The translations under genes were made by a program, and so were the position numbers. Below, in pieces: positions 59,862-64,000 of a stretch of 64,000 nt of DNA; within the stretch, counting starts at the first letter, position 1; each line of letters starts with the position of its first letter. This DNA is from a bacterium (lineage in GTDB: Bacteria; Electryoneota; JAOADG01): the NCBI GenBank assembly GCA_963681965.1, contig OY820579.1:1799379-1863378 (forward strand), written 5' to 3'. The notes below the pieces were generated by a model. It did not search any database and was not told the DNA's origin. It worked only from the letters and a program-made list of their open reading frames with translations.

Positions 59862-60656
59862 AATAGAATATTTATATTAAACAAACTGATATATATTATA
59901 GTTAATAGTATGTGTGAATATTGTATTTATACTCAATAAATATACTTATTAAACGAAAGAAATGAGATTAAATGCTGTCGACAATTATTGAGCTAAGATT
60001 AGGTGCAAGTCCAGAGATGAATCGAAAAGTTAATAAGTAGATCAGAAACTTTACGTTGAAGTAATTTTCGAATTGCATCCTCAACAATGATAAACTCTAG
60101 GAGAACTCATTCTTCTCTGACTCGAAACGTAACAATCGTCAGAAAATTGGATCGGATGTTGTCCAATTTTGTGAATCCCAATTGATATCAGGTCGCAAAT
60201 CTGGATACCTCATCTTTCGAATCGATTTGAATCGTTCCCATTGCGCGATTCTCTTGACATTTTCGATAGTTTGGTTTGGTGCAACGAATCATCGAATAAA
60301 CACCTCTAACTCTCGCCTCTAGTGTTGCAAGAGCCGTATTTAGACATTATCTTGAACCCACAAGACACCAAGTAGTTCCCGGCTTTTCCGGCACGGTTTA
60401 CGAAGTTCCAAATCCTCGCTAACGATTAATTTAACTTTACTCTAGCGAGTGGTTACTCACCGGAATTTAGATGAGACTTGATATCCGTTTTACGATTGTT
60501 GTTTCGATTTATTCCGAAGTAGACATCTTACTTCGGTTAGACGATTTGTCCATTCGGTGACCGAACGAAGTTCGCGCATGTTTGTGTGCTTTTAGATCTT
60601 TTTTATCAACCGGTTCCTGTGACGCAAACCCACGAAATATTGGAGACGGGGTGGCG

Positions 60657-63600
60657 ATGAGAAGTTCAAAAATTATAGTCATTGTTCTGCTATCGTTGCT
60701 AGTGAGCGGATTAGCATTTGGTGCAACTTCGGGTAAAATCACCGGAAAGGTGATGCTTGACGACACCAAAGAAGGCGCGATTTCCGCATCGGTACTGATT
60801 CTCGAATTGAAGACCGGTGCGAAAACTGACTTTGAGGGAAATTACACCATCCTGAACATTCCCCCGGGAACGTATACATTGCGGTTCTCTTATGTCGGGT
60901 ATGCTTCCGTCAAAGTCAATAACGTGATCGTTACTTCGGGTGTCACATTTACTCAAAATGCGACATTGAAACCGGAAGCGCTTCAACGCGAAGAAATCGT
61001 CGTTAAAGCCGACCCGCCAAAAGTACAATTGGACGTGACCGGTGGCGATAAGACAATCCGTAAACAGGATATGGAGCGTACTTCGGCTAACAGTGTGCAG
61101 GATATTATCGCGAAAAAAGCCGGTGTCAAAGTTGATCATGAAGGCGCGCTTCACGTTCGCGGTGGTCGAAGAGGCGAAGTCGCAATGCTGCTCGATGGAA
61201 TCGATATCCGCGATCCGCTTGTGGGAAGGATTAACGATAATGTTAACCTCGACGCCGACGCCATCAGCGAAATTAACTTTTTAACAGACGGTTTTTCGCC
61301 GGAATATGGTCAAGCCCTTTCTGGCATTGCCAACGCCAGTTTCCGCGAAGGCGATCCGGAAAAATATACGGCCAAGGCTGAATACACTTCCGATCAATTC
61401 AACAAAAAGTCGTCGTTTGGACAGGATCGCATCACACTCTTCGTGAGTGGACCAATCCCCGGTACCCGAAAAGCGCTCAAGAACCCAATCACTTTCATGG
61501 TTCAAGCAACTTCAAGCCAAACGAACACTTATCTATCCTACGGGATTCACCGTGAACCCAACGATTATCTTGGAATCGGAATCAAATTACCAGAAAAACA
61601 ATATAATAACTACGATCTAACCTCGAAGTTTGCTTATCAATTTCCACCGGATAAATCGGGTGGCGCGAAAAAGATCACTCTTACTTACACCGGGTCATTT
61701 TCGCAGTGGGATCTCTATCCCAATGGTGAAGCGAATGTAAGCGGCGATTACGGATATCGCTACAAATTCAATACCGAAAATCGCCCATGGGCAAGAAGTA
61801 ACCGAAATTCGGTTAACGTTCAATTCACGAACAACTTATCATCCAAGACGAATTACACTGTCAGTTTTACCTTCCAGAATTCACGCACATTGGTGCAACC
61901 GCGAAACAAAACGCCGGGTGAATTTACGCTCCGCTCGCAAGTGGAAGATTACGAAGCCAATGGTCAGGATTTGAACGGTGACGGTTACCCCGATGGATTC
62001 GTCGATGCCAATGGCGACGGTATTTATTCCGGTGGTGGACACGGATACGACGACGTGAATAAAAATGGCAAGTGGGATCGTGGCGAAGACTGGGTTGACC
62101 TAAATAGTAATGGTGTTTACGATGCCTCAGAAACATTCACCGACCTCAACAGCAATGGTGTTTGGGATGTTGGTGAACCGTTCGTCGATCTGAATGGTAA
62201 CGCCCGTTGGGATCCCGCAGAACCCCAACTTCCGGAACAGGACTGGAATCACAATGGTCACTGGGATGGTGAACGATTTCAGGATGCCGACAAAGATAAG
62301 AAATTTACCGGTTGGAACTGGGTCGACAAGAACGGCAACGGTAAAATGGACGATGGCGAGCAACTCTGGGGCAACTCAGGTGAACGATTGGACGGCGACG
62401 GATACGACGATACGAATAACGACGGTAAATGCAATAAGAAGGAACTCTTCGCTACCAGTCAAGATACACCCGAACCGTACATTGATGGCGATTACTTCTA
62501 CGATACCGGTGAACCATTTATCGATCAACCCGATCCAGTCACTGGTGAATACAATGGAACTCGGGATGATAATGAATATTGGGTAGACTTACCTTCGACT
62601 AATGTTGGCTTCGGGATGATCGTAGACACATCTTCGCATTCCCTTCGCGAACCGACGCTTAACGGTAAGTACGACGATCCCGATGGTCAACCGGATGAAT
62701 ACGAACTTTTCTGCTACCCCGCGACGCCTTCACAATTGCGTGCCGACCCGACCCGCCCGGTAATCTATACCGGTCGATGGGATGGCGATGTTGCCAATTG
62801 GCCGCGCAAGAACGGACGACTTTTCCCCTATTATTTTGTCGATCGTTCCAACTCTGGAATTGCAAGCGATACTTTGCGTTCAACTTGGATCAAGCGAACG
62901 ACAACTAATCTCGATCCAAAAATCTTCAATCCACCTACCGGATCATACGTAGCTGGCGATCCGTTCACCGATTACAACAAGAATGGTGTCTGGAATGGTC
63001 GCGACTTGTTCTTAAATCCGGGACAGTGGGATGAAAGCGCGATTTGGCAAGATCGTAAATCGGTCGAATATTCTTTGAAAACTACGTGGCAGTCGCAAAT
63101 CAAGCATCACGAGTTAAAGGCTGGTGTCGAAGCCAAGTACCGCGACTTGCAGATGCAGTCGATTAGCAGCCCCGATATGGCTTACACTGGTGAAGTTCCG
63201 CTTCCGGCAGGTAGTCCCTGGCCGGATCGTGGTAACACCCGTGACTTCTATCATTACAAACCGATCGAAGGCGCATTCTATTTCAACGATAAGATGGAAT
63301 TTGAAGGATTGATCGTTAACGCCGGTATTCGTAACGACTTCTTGATTACCGACCCCGAGTTGCGACAACAAACCAAAGACGCAGTATCTGCCGGTGTTCC
63401 GGGAGCTATTGTGGCACAACCCGGGAAAGCGATTTTCAGTCCGCGTCTCGGTATATCGCACCCGATTACTAAGACCTCGAAGTTATTCTTCAATTACGGT
63501 CACTTCTATCAGCGACCCGACTTCACGAATTTCTTCAAGTCGACCACGTCCAATGTGGCGTCGGGTTCGGTTGTCGGTAATCCCAATTTGGATTACACCA

Positions 63601-64000
63601 AGACCGTTCAATATGCATTGGGTGTCCAGACCGAACTTCCGAACGGTAGTTCGTTCATGATCCAAGGTTACTATAAGGACTATTTCAATCTTATCGGTAC
63701 CCAAACCGAAAAATACGGTCCGTTGACGATCGACCGATATGCCAACAAGGCGTATGGTCGTGCTCGTGGCTTTGAAATCGAGCTGGATCATACCATTGAG
63801 AATATCGCGCGGGAAGGTGATTTGCGATTGAATTCCTCCTACGACTTCTCATACACTGCCGGTAAGAGTTCGACCCAAGATGCCGATGCTTTGAACCGAC
63901 TGAATGGTGTTCCGGCAAATACCGAAGAATATCCCTTGGATTGGGATGAACGACATCGTGTGAACGCTAGTTTCGGTTTGCAATTCGCGGAAGGGCGATA
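60657..64000 (+). CDS. TonB-dependent receptor (SusC-like; N-terminal carboxypeptidase-regulatory-like domain + plug + barrel); 3' end outside window
   Basis: GGAGA RBS; signal peptide; CarbopepD-like N-terminus (GKITGKV...DFEGNYTI...GTYTLRFSYVGYAS); plug motif AISEINFLTDGFSPEYGQALSG; the frame is open to the window end. Confidence 0.8.
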   Translation, partial: MRSSKIIVIVLLSLLVSGLAFGATSGKITGKVMLDDTKEGAISASVLILELKTGAKTDFEGNYTILNIPPGTYTLRFSYVGYASVKVNNVIVTSGVTFTQNATLKPEALQREEIVVKADPPKVQLDVTGGDKTIRKQDMERTSANSVQDIIAKKAGVKVDHEGALHVRGGRRGEVAMLLDGIDIRDPLVGRINDNVNLDADAISEINFLTDGFSPEYGQALSGIANASFREGDPEKYTAKAEYTSDQFNKKSSFGQDRITLFVSGPIPGTRKALKNPITFMVQATSSQTNTYLSYGIHREPNDYLGIGIKLPEKQYNNYDLTSKFAYQFPPDKSGGAKKITLTYTGSFSQWDLYPNGEANVSGDYGYRYKFNTENRPWARSNRNSVNVQFTNNLSSKTNYTVSFTFQNSRTLVQPRNKTPGEFTLRSQVEDYEANGQDLNGDGYPDGFVDANGDGIYSGGGHGYDDVNKNGKWDRGEDWVDLNSNGVYDASETFTDLNSNGVWDVGEPFVDLNGNARWDPAEPQLPEQDWNHNGHWDGERFQDADKDKKFTGWNWVDKNGNGKMDDGEQLWGNSGERLDGDGYDDTNNDGKCNKKELFATSQDTPEPYIDGDYFYDTGEPFIDQPDPVTGEYNGTRDDNEYWVDLPSTNVGFGMIVDTSSHSLREPTLNGKYDDPDGQPDEYELFCYPATPSQLRADPTRPVIYTGRWDGDVANWPRKNGRLFPYYFVDRSNSGIASDTLRSTWIKRTTTNLDPKIFNPPTGSYVAGDPFTDYNKNGVWNGRDLFLNPGQWDESAIWQDRKSVEYSLKTTWQSQIKHHELKAGVEAKYRDLQMQSISSPDMAYTGEVPLPAGSPWPDRGNTRDFYHYKPIEGAFYFNDKMEFEGLIVNAGIRNDFLITDPELRQQTKDAVSAGVPGAIVAQPGKAIFSPRLGISHPITKTSKLFFNYGHFYQRPDFTNFFKSTTSNVASGSVVGNPNLDYTKTVQYALGVQTELPNGSSFMIQGYYKDYFNLIGTQTEKYGPLTIDRYANKAYGRARGFEIELDHTIENIAREGDLRLNSSYDFSYTAGKSSTQDADALNRLNGVPANTEEYPLDWDERHRVNASFGLQFAEGR

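Noticed and set aside
59862-60656. Looked for TPP or cobalamin riboswitch cores (CTGAGA...ACCTGATCTGGATAATGCCAGCG; GCCACTG box) in the TonB-receptor leader.
   Set aside because: No convincing match to either consensus was seen by eye. The region is kept only as an unclassified structured leader.
1-64000. Scanned for CRISPR repeats, tRNA T-loop (GGTTCGAATCC-like) motifs, rRNA, IS/transposase or integrase ORFs.
   Set aside because: No direct-repeat array, no tRNA-like cloverleaf signature in non-coding regions and no transposase-like ORF was found. The only GGTTCGAA occurrence (about 20090) is inside uvrC coding sequence.

Overview
This 64 kb window is a gene-dense chromosomal segment of a moderately GC-rich (~48%) bacterium. 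The gene content suggests an anaerobic member of the FCB superphylum or a relative (inference): T9SS PorU/PorV, type III glutamine synthetase, pyruvate:ferredoxin oxidoreductase, Aquifex-type aconitase, a TatT-TRAP transporter and a SusC-like TonB-dependent receptor. About 50 CDS were called. Nearly all lie on the + strand from 1 to 49.2 kb, with a short minus-strand block (cstA, usp, glnN) at 49.4-55.4 kb. No rRNA, tRNA, CRISPR array, transposase or integrase was recognised.

The most notable feature is a six-gene, tightly packed operon (1481-14264) closed by an intrinsic terminator. It contains porU (C25-like), porV, a catalytically dead M6/InhA-like pseudo-metallopeptidase carrying a T9SS C-terminal domain, an unusual fusion protein, and two small paralogous secreted proteins. 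The pseudopeptidase gene overlaps the fusion gene by 4 nt (ATGA). The fusion protein combines a peptidase-MA (HEYTH) domain, a TolB-like PD40 beta-propeller and an Omp85-type beta-barrel. The two small paralogs share PG-x-GQ and VNH-x-x-x-A-x-[DE]-A motifs.

Other observations:
- A TonB-dependent receptor with a ~200 aa insertion of tandem Asp/Asn-rich NG-x-WD repeats, preceded by an ~800 bp structured AT-rich leader.
- A MASE1 membrane sensor whose only output is a Cys4 C-terminal module, next to a B12-binding radical SAM gene.
- A 92-nt nested three-hairpin palindromic element between convergent genes.
- A small His/Asp-rich ORF with its own strong RBS and terminator.
- A truncated polyprenyl-glycosylphosphotransferase-like gene overlapped by serS.
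- Several translationally coupled gene pairs.
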